Origin: Acidobacteriota bacterium
Lineage (GTDB): Bacteria > Acidobacteriota > Vicinamibacteria > Vicinamibacterales > UBA2999
Direction: 5' to 3'
DNA: 36,429 nucleotides
NCBI GenBank assembly: GCA_020200025.1
Contig: JAIVJN010000019.1
Location: 1-36,429 of the forward strand
Positions 26,604 to 34,770 of the stretch are shown one piece after another. Both the position numbers and the translations under genes were made by a program. How positions within the stretch are numbered: the stretch's first letter is position 1; the number at the start of each line of letters is the position of its first letter. The notes beneath the pieces were generated by a model. It was not told the origin of the DNA. It did no database searches and saw only the letters and a program-made list of their open reading frames with translations.

Positions 26604-29240
26604 ATGATTGGCCGAACCATCTCGCACTACCGCATCGAAGAAAAGCTGGGCGAAGGCGGGATGGGCGTCGTGTATCGAGCGCGGGATCTGAGCCTGATGC
26701 GCAGCGTGGCCATCAAGTTTCTTTCCTCCGACGTGACGACCGAGGAGCGGCGGCGCCGCTTCCAGCAGGAAGCGCAGACCGCATCGTCGTTGAATCACCC
26801 GCAGATCCTGTCGGTGTACGAAGCCGGAACGGAGAACGGCCAACAGTATCTGGTAACTGAGTACGTCGACGGCTTCACGCTTCGAGACTGGGCGAGCCGC
26901 GAGCGTCCATCCGAGCGGCAGATCATCGAAGTAATGATCGGCATCGCCGACGCGCTTGCGTGTGCCCATCAGGCAGGCATCATCCACCGCGACATCAAGC
27001 CGGAGAACATCCTGATTGCGCGGCAGGGGTACGCCAAACTCGCAGATTTCGGTTTGGCCAAGTTGCTGGAAGCCCAGTCCGGAGGTGCTGACGCCACGAG
27101 AACGGCCGTCGCGACGCGGGCGGGAGCCATCCTCGGGAGCGTTCCTTATATGTCGCCGGAGCAGGCGAATGGGATGCCGGTGGATGCGCGCACCGATGTG
27201 TTTTCGTTTGGGACGGTCCTGTACGAATTGTTGGCCGGTCAGCGGCCGTTCGTTGGAACTTCCGATCCCGATGTGTTGCACGCGATCCTCCATGCGCCTG
27301 CACGCCCGCTTGCGGAGGTGCGACCCGACGCACCCCACGACCTACGCCTCGCCGTTGAGAAGGCCCTCGAGAAAGATCCGGCAGACCGCTATCAGTCTAT
27401 GCGCGACCTGGTGGTGGATCTGAGGCGTGTGTTGCGGCGGAAAGCGCCCGGCGCCGTGGCTACCCCTGTCCCTCGATTGCCAAGTCGCCGACTTGGGTGG
27501 GCCATGGCAGCGGCCGCCGTTGCTCTGGTGTCGGCACTGGCGCTCTGGCAGCGCCAGCGGGGCGATGCGCAATGGCAGAACCCACTCGCCAACGCGCGGT
27601 TCGAGCGGCTGACGGATTTCGACGGTTCCGAACTGGACGCCGCGATCTCGGCTGACGGAAAGTTCGTCGTCTTCCTCTCGGACCGCGACGGGCCGTTCGA
27701 CGCCTTCGTCAGCCAGGTGGGCAGCGGCGAATTCCTCAATCTCACGAAGGGCCAGACGCCGGAGCTGCTCAATGAGATCGTCAGCAATGTCGGGTTTTCC
27801 GCTGACGGGGCCCACGTCTGGACTCGCGTCGGCGAGTTCGTTTCACCTGGAGAGCCGGTGCCTGAGCGCCTCTGGCTAACCCCCACTATGGGCGGCGCTG
27901 CTCGACTGTTCCTCGACAGCGCGGTGATGGCGGTGTGGTCGCCCGACGGAAGCAAGGTCGCCTATCATCAGCCGACGCCGGGCGATCCCATCCATATCGC
28001 CGACCGCAATGGGAGCAATCCAACACTGATTTTCGTGGACAAGCCAGGCGGTCACTGCCACTTCCTGACCTGGTCGCCCGACGCGCGGTTCCTCTATTTC
28101 GTGCGCGGCTTCCCACTCAACGAGATGGATGTCTGGCGCGTTCCCGCGACCGGCGGCGAACCGGAGCGCATCAGCCATCACAACTCGCGAGTGGCGTACC
28201 CGGTGCTTCTGAATGAACGCACGCTGATCTACATCGCCACTGCAGACGACGGCACCGGCCCGTGGCTCTACGCCATGGACCTCGAACGCAGGACGGCCCA
28301 CCGAGTGAACGTCAGCGTGGAGCAGTACATCTCCATCGCCGCCAGCGCCGAATCTCCGGGACGGCCCCGCCGCCTGGCGGCCACAGTGTCGAACCCTAGC
28401 GTCCACTTGTGGACCGTGCCCATTGCTGGAGGCATCGTCGACGAGTCCGCTGCGAGCCGCTTCGCTGTTCCCACCGCACGCTCAGCGAGCCCGCGCTTCG
28501 GCCCGGACTATCTCGTCTATCTGGCATCGCGAGGGGACAGCAACGGCCTCTGGAAATTCAAGGACGGTAGGGCGACCGAATTGTGGCGCGCCATGGACGG
28601 CGCGGTCGTCGGCGCCGCCGCAGTCTCGACCGACGGCCGGGAGGTCTGTTTCCCGGTGCGCCGTCAGGGCCGCACAACCGCGTACTGCACAACCGCCGAC
28701 GGAACGAACCCGCGGGAGCTCGCAGAGCCGGTCGACGTCCGTGGCCCGTTCTCCTGGTCGCCAGATGGCAAGTGGATCGCCATCACAGCGGGCCAGCTAG
28801 ATGGTGCCCGGTTGTTCAAGGTCCCGGTGGACGGCGGCCCTCCGGTCCGTCTAGTGGACACGTTCGCTTCGAATCCGCTGTGGTCACCGGACGGCGCGTT
28901 TATTCTCTATTCCGGATCGCAGATAGGACGGAACGTACCCGTGAAGGCGGTGACGCCTGAGGGCCAGCCCTATCCTCTTCCGGAACTCTGGGTCTACCGA
29001 ACCGGCGAGAACTACCGGTTCCTGCCGGGCGGACAGCAGCTGGTCCTCATGCAGGGTGGATTTCGCCGGCAGAACTTCTCGTTGTTCGATCTGAAGACCG
29101 GGCGCCAGAGGCAACTCACGAATCTGCAACCCGGGTCTTCGCTGCGGAGCTTCGATATCTCTGCCGACGGCAAGAGCATCCTGTTCGATCGTGTGCGGGA
29201 GAATTCGGACATCGTGCTCATCGAACTCCCCGGCCGGTAG
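26604..29240 (+). CDS. Ser/Thr protein kinase with a TM segment and an extracytoplasmic TolB-like (PD40) beta-propeller
   Basis: GEGGMGVVYRA, VAIK, HRDIKPENIL, DFGLAK and YMSPEQ, then TM WAMAAAAVALVSALALW, then repeated WSPDG/FSADG/ISADG PD40 motifs. Confidence 0.9.
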   Translation: MIGRTISHYRIEEKLGEGGMGVVYRARDLSLMRSVAIKFLSSDVTTEERRRRFQQEAQTASSLNHPQILSVYEAGTENGQQYLVTEYVDGFTLRDWASRERPSERQIIEVMIGIADALACAHQAGIIHRDIKPENILIARQGYAKLADFGLAKLLEAQSGGADATRTAVATRAGAILGSVPYMSPEQANGMPVDARTDVFSFGTVLYELLAGQRPFVGTSDPDVLHAILHAPARPLAEVRPDAPHDLRLAVEKALEKDPADRYQSMRDLVVDLRRVLRRKAPGAVATPVPRLPSRRLGWAMAAAAVALVSALALWQRQRGDAQWQNPLANARFERLTDFDGSELDAAISADGKFVVFLSDRDGPFDAFVSQVGSGEFLNLTKGQTPELLNEIVSNVGFSADGAHVWTRVGEFVSPGEPVPERLWLTPTMGGAARLFLDSAVMAVWSPDGSKVAYHQPTPGDPIHIADRNGSNPTLIFVDKPGGHCHFLTWSPDARFLYFVRGFPLNEMDVWRVPATGGEPERISHHNSRVAYPVLLNERTLIYIATADDGTGPWLYAMDLERRTAHRVNVSVEQYISIAASAESPGRPRRLAATVSNPSVHLWTVPIAGGIVDESAASRFAVPTARSASPRFGPDYLVYLASRGDSNGLWKFKDGRATELWRAMDGAVVGAAAVSTDGREVCFPVRRQGRTTAYCTTADGTNPRELAEPVDVRGPFSWSPDGKWIAITAGQLDGARLFKVPVDGGPPVRLVDTFASNPLWSPDGAFILYSGSQIGRNVPVKAVTPEGQPYPLPELWVYRTGENYRFLPGGQQLVLMQGGFRRQNFSLFDLKTGRQRQLTNLQPGSSLRSFDISADGKSILFDRVRENSDIVLIELPGR

Positions 29241-29766
29241 CCCAAGTCGCAACCCGCCTTGCGAGAAGTTCGGTCTAGGACCCTTGTTCGGGGTCGTTGT
29301 TTCCGTGCTGACCGCCTCAGCGGGCCACAGTGATCCACTGCTGTTTCCGTTTCTCGAGACGATCGGCTCTCGAGCCCCTCCAGCCTCGCAGCCCCGCACG
29401 AATCGGCCGTTTACGCATACCCGGTTCGAAGCGGACGTGAGTGCGCTTGGCATTCGCCATGCGCCTGTTTCTTCTCGCGCTGGGTCAGGACTGGAGAACA
29501 ATGTCGATCAAACAGCGGCTTCGCACACTCACCTGCTGCGCCATGCTGGAAGCGGCGGCACTTATGGGCATGCCCATGCGCCCCGAGCACGTGCAGGATC
29601 TGATGCGCAGCCTCAACCAGCCGAAGGTTGCGTGCACCCATCCGGAGGAGAGCAATCGTGGCGACGGACCTGGACCCGATTGCCTCCGATGCCGTGATTC
29701 AGCGAGCGCCAGAGCCTTGATGAGAGACGGCCGGTTCCCCACTTCCAGTAGAATCGCCGCAGTCCC

Positions 29767-31068
29767 ATGAGAGTCTTCCTCACACTTCTTCTCGTGTTAC
29801 TCGCCCTCGTGCCTCAGGCCGGCGGCCAAGAGGCCCGGCGCCGATGGGAGATGCAACGGCAGATTCGCCTGGACAAGTTCGAGCAGATACTGCCGCAGGC
29901 CATGCGAACCCATGGCATCGACATGTGGGTCGTCGCGGTCAAAGAAAACCGTCGCGACCCGCTATGGGAGGACCTGGGCCGCGGGTATGTCTCGGGCATC
30001 GGCTATTACGTCTTCACCGACCGCGGGCGAGACCGGATCGAGCGTGCGGCGCTCGGGCCGAGCGGCTATCTCGTGGAGCAGTCCGGCGCCTATGACATCT
30101 TCGGCCCGGCCTCGACACTCGCCGCGTTCGTCAAGGAACGGAATCCACGACGCATTGGCGTCAACATCTCCGACGAGATTGGGCCCGCTGACGGCCTCTC
30201 CCAGACCATGTATCAGCATCTGGTGAGATCGCTGGGCGAGCCGTACGCCTCGCGACTGGTGAGCGCCGAGCGTTTGGTGAGCGAGTTCCGTTCGCGACGG
30301 GTCGCGTCTGAGATCGTGGCCTTCGGTGAGGCGGCCGGCATCGCGATCCAGCTTGCGGAGCGCGCGTTGTCAAACGAGGTCATCACGCCTGGCAGGACCA
30401 CCCTCGAGGACGTGGCGTGGTGGCTACAGGATCGCCTCCTCGAGCGCGGCCTCGGTTCTGAATTCGACATGCCATCCGTCTACATCACCGGTTCCGACGG
30501 AATCGTCGCCACTTCCACGGCTCGCACCATCCGGCCGGGCGACGTCGTCATGATCGACTGGGGTGTGCAGCTCATGAACTTCGGCACTGACGTCAAGCGC
30601 GTCGCATACGTGTTGAAGCCAGGTGAGCTCGAGCCGACCAAGAGCATCCAGGTCGCGTTCGACAAGGCGATCGCCGTACGCGACGTGCTGAAGAAGGTCA
30701 TCAAGCCCGGCATCCGCGCCGACCTGACCATGAAGGCCATGGATGCCGCGTTGCGTGCGGCCGGCTACGGGGTCATCGAGTTCAACCGGCCAAACAGCGA
30801 TGACAAGACTGACGTCGTGTACGGCTTCCACCCCGTCGGCAATACGGGGCATGACATCGGACCGTCGATGACGACGTGGCAGCCCCTGCAGAGCACGTTC
30901 GAACTGTATCGGCAGCACATCTTCTCGTTCGAGTATTTCGCCTATACGCCGATACCCGAATGGGGCGGAAAGAAGTTGCGGATTCCTATCGAAGACGACG
31001 CGATACTGATGGAGCACGGGATTCAGTTCCTCCACTCGGCGAACTACAGGCTGCTTGTCGTCAGGTAA
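29767..31068 (+). CDS. M24-family metallopeptidase (Xaa-Pro aminopeptidase/creatinase-like), secreted
   Basis: Signal peptide MRVFLTLLLVLLALVPQAGG, a creatinase/prolidase N-domain, and the pita-bread region GDVVMIDWGVQLMNFGTDVKRV...GHDIGP. Confidence 0.8.
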   Translation: MRVFLTLLLVLLALVPQAGGQEARRRWEMQRQIRLDKFEQILPQAMRTHGIDMWVVAVKENRRDPLWEDLGRGYVSGIGYYVFTDRGRDRIERAALGPSGYLVEQSGAYDIFGPASTLAAFVKERNPRRIGVNISDEIGPADGLSQTMYQHLVRSLGEPYASRLVSAERLVSEFRSRRVASEIVAFGEAAGIAIQLAERALSNEVITPGRTTLEDVAWWLQDRLLERGLGSEFDMPSVYITGSDGIVATSTARTIRPGDVVMIDWGVQLMNFGTDVKRVAYVLKPGELEPTKSIQVAFDKAIAVRDVLKKVIKPGIRADLTMKAMDAALRAAGYGVIEFNRPNSDDKTDVVYGFHPVGNTGHDIGPSMTTWQPLQSTFELYRQHIFSFEYFAYTPIPEWGGKKLRIPIEDDAILMEHGIQFLHSANYRLLVVR

Positions 31069-31090
31069 AGGACCGAAGAGAGCTTTAACC

Positions 31091-32014
31091 ATGTCTGTTG
31101 TTCTCCTCGCTCTCGCGCTCCTGCTGGTCAGCCCCGCTCTCCGTGCACAGCAGGTCACCATTCCCGAGACCGTTCGCGCCGCGGCCGATCGGATCACCGC
31201 CGACCAGCTCGCGCAGGATCTGGAGTACCTCGCCTCCGATGCGCTCCTGGGCCGAAATACACCGTCGCCAGGCTTCGACACGGCGGCAGAGTACATCGCA
31301 AAACGACTCGAGCGGGCGGGTGTGAAGCCGCTCGGGGACAGTTCCACCTTCTTCCAGCATTACGTCATGCGCGAGTCGCACGTCGACACCGCGGCCGCAT
31401 ATCTCGAAATCGGCGAAGTCAAATTCCACTTCGGCGACCACTTCGTCATTCGCTCGTTTGCCGGCCCGATAACCGGGGCGCTGCCGGTCGTGTACGTGGG
31501 GCACGGGTGGACGGTGGCGGGACGGGACATCGATCCGTATGCGGGCGTGGATGTCAAAGGGAAGGTCGTGCTGGCGCACGGACCGCGCGCGCTGCCCAAA
31601 GGAGTCGAGATCCGGCAGATCGGCGGGATCAACGTCGGTGCGAATACGGCGTTCGCCGAAGCAGCGCGGCGCGGAGCCGCGGGCATCATCTTCATTCCTC
31701 AGACCAGCGCTCTGCAGAATTGGACGCAGATGCAGGGGCAGAACACGGTCGTGCGAGCGCTCGAGCCGCCCGTGCCCTCCGCGTACGCCGCGCCGCCGGT
31801 CACTTCCGTGCTGCTCGTGCAGAAGGCAACAGACGCGCTTCTCGCCGGCGAGCGTGTGGAAGGCGCGGAGATGGTGGCACGTGGCGATCGCCAGGATTAC
31901 CCGCTATCGTTTCAGCTCAAGAAGACGGTAACCCTGCACCTTCCGGTCGGATCGACCACCGATCACCGCCCCTACAACGTCGTGGGTCTGATGGAAGGGA
32001 GCGACCCGTCCTGA
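31091..32014 (+). CDS. M28-family peptidase with PA domain, N-terminal segment
   Basis: Signal peptide MSVVLLALALLLVSPALRAQ. LASDALLGRNTPSPGFDTAAEYIAKRLERAG, PA-domain DVKGKVVL, and NVVGLMEGSDP followed by a premature TGA at 32012. Confidence 0.85.
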   Translation: MSVVLLALALLLVSPALRAQQVTIPETVRAAADRITADQLAQDLEYLASDALLGRNTPSPGFDTAAEYIAKRLERAGVKPLGDSSTFFQHYVMRESHVDTAAAYLEIGEVKFHFGDHFVIRSFAGPITGALPVVYVGHGWTVAGRDIDPYAGVDVKGKVVLAHGPRALPKGVEIRQIGGINVGANTAFAEAARRGAAGIIFIPQTSALQNWTQMQGQNTVVRALEPPVPSAYAAPPVTSVLLVQKATDALLAGERVEGAEMVARGDRQDYPLSFQLKKTVTLHLPVGSTTDHRPYNVVGLMEGSDPS

Positions 32015-32715
32015 AGAGCGAATACATCACGATCGAATCGCACCTGGACGGAGCCGTCGGCACGCGTACGGCTGACGGCGACGACGTGTACAACTCCGCC
32101 GACGACAATGCCTCCGGCAGCTCGGCGAACCTGGCCATTGCCGAGCGGATGATGACCGGGCCCCGGCCGAAGCGGTCCGTGATCTTCATCTGGGACAGCG
32201 GTGAGGAACGGGGCCTGTGGGGAACCCGCTATTTCGTCCATCGGCCGCCCGTGCCGCTCGAGAAGATAGTGGCGCACGTCAACATCGACATGATCGGGGC
32301 GAGCCGCGCACCGGGCTCTCCTGATGTCGAGGCTGCTGGTGCCACCGGACCGAATGAGGTCTACCTCATCGGCCCCGGTGTGCTGAGCGCGCAGACTGAC
32401 GCGCTCCTGGAACGGACGAATCGCGAGTATCTGAATCTTCGCTTCAACCGTGACCACGATCGCGCCGACAGCGAGTTCTTCTATCCCCGCACCGACGCGG
32501 GGCCATTCCTCGAGCGGGGTATCCTGACCATCGGATTCACCACTGGCATCCACGCTCGTTACCATGCGCCGTCGGACGAAGCGCGGCATCTCGACGCCAA
32601 GAAGATGGAAGCCATTGCCCGGACGGTGTTTATGGTGGTCTGGATGCTCGCCGACTCTACCGAACGCCCGCGCATCGACCGGAGCATCCCGCCCACAGTG
32701 CTTCGATACCAGTAG
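32008..32715 (+). CDS. M28-family peptidase, C-terminal catalytic segment (shifted frame)
   Basis: VLKSEYITIESHLD...NSADDNASGSSANLAIAE...IFIWDSGEERGLWGTRYF...NIDMIG...YHAPSDE carries the M28 zinc ligands. It continues segment 1 after a 1-nt shift at about 32008. Confidence 0.85.
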   Translation, partial: VLKSEYITIESHLDGAVGTRTADGDDVYNSADDNASGSSANLAIAERMMTGPRPKRSVIFIWDSGEERGLWGTRYFVHRPPVPLEKIVAHVNIDMIGASRAPGSPDVEAAGATGPNEVYLIGPGVLSAQTDALLERTNREYLNLRFNRDHDRADSEFFYPRTDAGPFLERGILTIGFTTGIHARYHAPSDEARHLDAKKMEAIARTVFMVVWMLADSTERPRIDRSIPPTVLRYQ

Positions 32716-32798
32716 GAACAGACCGCGGCCGTCCGCCAACACCTCTGGCGCGTCTAATTCCCTGATGTGACGGGAAGACTCTAGGAAGGGAGCCTGTG

Positions 32799-33197
32799 AT
32801 GAATCGGACATCAACTCTGGGACTGGCGATGATGCTCGCGGCCTCGACGGTCGGCGCGCAGCCGCAGGAGGCGCGGACAACGACCGAGACCTGGACCGGC
32901 TGGTTTTCGGACAAGCTTTGCGCGCGCGTGAGGGATGAAACGCCGCGCCCCAACGGGACAGTATGCGTGAAGAAGTGCCTCGACGAGGGAGCGACGCCGG
33001 TTTTCATCAGCGAGCAGGCGAAGGCTGTTTTCGACGTTCGAAATCACCCGACGGTGAAGGATGACGTCGGCTACTACCTGCAGGTGACCGGCATCGTGGA
33101 TTCGAAGGCCAGGACGATCTCGGTGCAGTCAGTGAAGCGGCTTTCCGAGGTTACCGCGATGTGCGGGATCCGGAAGAAAGGTGCGAAGCAGAAGTAG
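32799..33197 (+). CDS. Hypothetical small secreted protein
   Basis: GGAAGGGAG RBS and signal peptide MNRTSTLGLAMMLAASTVGAQ. Cys-containing mature part (WFSDKLCARV...CVKKCLDEG). No domain recognised. Confidence 0.6.
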   Translation: MNRTSTLGLAMMLAASTVGAQPQEARTTTETWTGWFSDKLCARVRDETPRPNGTVCVKKCLDEGATPVFISEQAKAVFDVRNHPTVKDDVGYYLQVTGIVDSKARTISVQSVKRLSEVTAMCGIRKKGAKQK

Positions 33198-33569
33198 TGA
33201 GCGCCGCTGACTGGCTCGCTCCAGCGAGCGCGGGTTCTCGAGGTGTTCGATGTGGACGTGCGACTCCTGGATGTAAACAGCATTCTCGAACACAAACTCG
33301 CGACGCTGGCCAACGCCTCGGGCGCACGACCGGTGGAGGAGCAGCACTACAAGGACGCGATGTTGCTCCGCGCGCTGTGCGGCCGGCCGGTGCCTTCCAT
33401 CGCAGCATCGCATCTATGTAAACGCGGGTACTCTCGAGCGTCGGCTGGCTGAACTGCCGGATTGAACAAGCATCTGGACCCGTCGGACCGATACGGTCTC
33501 ACACCCTCGGCCGCGTGCCGCCAGACGGTGCCGGAGATAGTGGAGGAGTTCTGTCCCGCCCGCGTGAGG

Positions 33570-34373
33570 CTACTCGGCCAACCAGCGCGCGACGACTCTG
33601 CTCGTCGGTCGGGATGGCCGCGGCGGCACGTACAGAGTCATCGCCGGCAACACCTGCTTGTGCGGCAGCCTTTCGAGTATCGTCCGCTCGATGGTCGGGT
33701 CACAGATAGGGAATTGCGCCGCTTCGTACAAGATGACGGGGTGCCGGCCCGGGTAGTGACGTCGAAGCACCTGGGTCAGCACGCGCAGACGCTCAGGGCG
33801 GCATGACATACCTTCCCGGACACTCGCTTCACCGAGAAGTCCCACTTGCCACAGAATCAACGCGCTCCCGGGATCGAAGCGCCGCCGCGCCGCCAGAAAA
33901 TCCGTGGCCTCGAAACTCTGCCACCCTCGTCCCGTCGAGCTCACGCTGATATCGGCAAATAGACAGTCTTCGGCGGACACGCCCGGCAGCATCCGGGCGG
34001 CAAACCCCTCGCGGCGTGCCGTCGTCAAGGCTTCGCGTGACGGTTGCACCAGCACGCCCGGATGACCGTAGAACGCGGCGCAGACCTGCAGACCTCCTCT
34101 GACCGATTTCAGGATCCGATCCGCGATTTCGGCGTAGGTGTCGTGCCGCGGGCGGCCATCCGAGTAACTGTTCTCGAGACTTTCCGCCGATGGATTGAGC
34201 TCACGAAGCCACTCGGCAACCGCTGGATTCGGGACCAGGTAGAACAGCTTTTCAGCCCGCTGAATGTACTCCAGCGCCTCGACCGTGATCTGCCTGACGA
34301 GTGTGATGCCGGTGCCCACGATGATGAGCGAGCCGCGGCGTGCGGCACCGGCCACGTGTCGAGTCGGGTTCAT
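33570..34373 (-). CDS. Stand-alone borosin-type alpha-N-methyltransferase (tetrapyrrole-methylase fold, OphMA/SonM-like)
   Basis: GSLIIVGTGITLVRQITVEALEYIQRAEKLFYLV, RPRHDTYAEI, AAFYGHPGV, ARMLPGVSAEDCLFADI, ILWQVGLLG and TLYVPPRP align block for block with the OphMA methyltransferase domain as I recall it (GSLTIAGSGI..., KKRYESY, FYGHPGVF, MLPGVSAEDYMFADL, IIWQVGSVG, TFYVPPR). No fused core peptide. Confidence 0.85.
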   Translation of the reverse strand: MNPTRHVAGAARRGSLIIVGTGITLVRQITVEALEYIQRAEKLFYLVPNPAVAEWLRELNPSAESLENSYSDGRPRHDTYAEIADRILKSVRGGLQVCAAFYGHPGVLVQPSREALTTARREGFAARMLPGVSAEDCLFADISVSSTGRGWQSFEATDFLAARRRFDPGSALILWQVGLLGEASVREGMSCRPERLRVLTQVLRRHYPGRHPVILYEAAQFPICDPTIERTILERLPHKQVLPAMTLYVPPRPSRPTSRVVARWLAE

Positions 34374-34702
34374 CAGTTCTTCTTGCGCGCGGGCTTCGAT
34401 GGCTTCTTCGGTCCCGGTCTCCCCGGTTTGCCCGGCTTGGCGGGTTTCCCCGGCTTGCCGGGTTTCGGCCTGCTGCGAGGGGGCCGCGGCGGACCCTCGA
34501 AGGAGGACTCGCCGACCGAGAGGCCGCTGGCGTGCATCAGGCGGAGGAGTCGCCGAGAATCGCGGGAGATCACGGCAGCCCGTTCCTCCTCGGTGAGCCC
34601 GGCGCGCGTCACCTCCTCTTCCGGGTTCGCCTCGAACTGAGCGAGGCGGACTGGGTATCTGACGACGTCGCGCAAGAAACTGAACAGGGGCCTGTCGATC
34701 AT
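34373..34702 (-). CDS. Candidate split-borosin precursor peptide: SonA-like helical N-domain plus Pro/Lys/Gly-rich cationic tail
   Basis: GGAGGAGG lies 4 nt upstream of ATG 34702. The stop overlaps the methyltransferase start (ATGA). The N-domain FSFLRDVVRYPVRLAQFEANPEEEVTRAGLTEEERAAVISRDSRRLLRL resembles the SonA/LigA-like helical bundle. The tail is GPPRPPRSRPKPGKPGKPAKPGKPGRPGPKKPSKPARKKN. Confidence 0.75.
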   Translation of the reverse strand: MIDRPLFSFLRDVVRYPVRLAQFEANPEEEVTRAGLTEEERAAVISRDSRRLLRLMHASGLSVGESSFEGPPRPPRSRPKPGKPGKPAKPGKPGRPGPKKPSKPARKKN

Positions 34703-34770
34703 CGCGCCTCCTCCGGCCGCAGGGTCACGGCCGATCGCAGCTTTGCCTGTCTCGGAAAACGGATGATACC

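Noticed and set aside
31507-32007. The first ~167 residues of ORF 31507-32715 (MDGGGTGHRSVCGRGCQREGRAG...).
   Set aside because: This is an out-of-frame overlap with the well-supported M28 N-terminal segment. Only the part from about 32008 is homologous to M28 peptidases.
33243-33452. 69-aa plus-strand ORF (VFDVDVRLLDVNSILEHKLATLANASG...) in the gap downstream of the methyltransferase.
   Set aside because: It has no RBS, no recognisable domain and a GTG start. It may be a gene remnant but cannot be supported from sequence alone.
34044-34640. Plus-strand ORF with a collagen-like GLPGLPGLAGFPGLPGFG stretch, opposite the borosin precursor and methyltransferase.
   Set aside because: It is the mirror reading of the (KPG)n repeat. 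The minus-strand frame has a strong SD, an ATGA junction with the methyltransferase and a recognisable N-domain. The plus-strand ORF overlaps the conserved methyltransferase antisense and has no start context.
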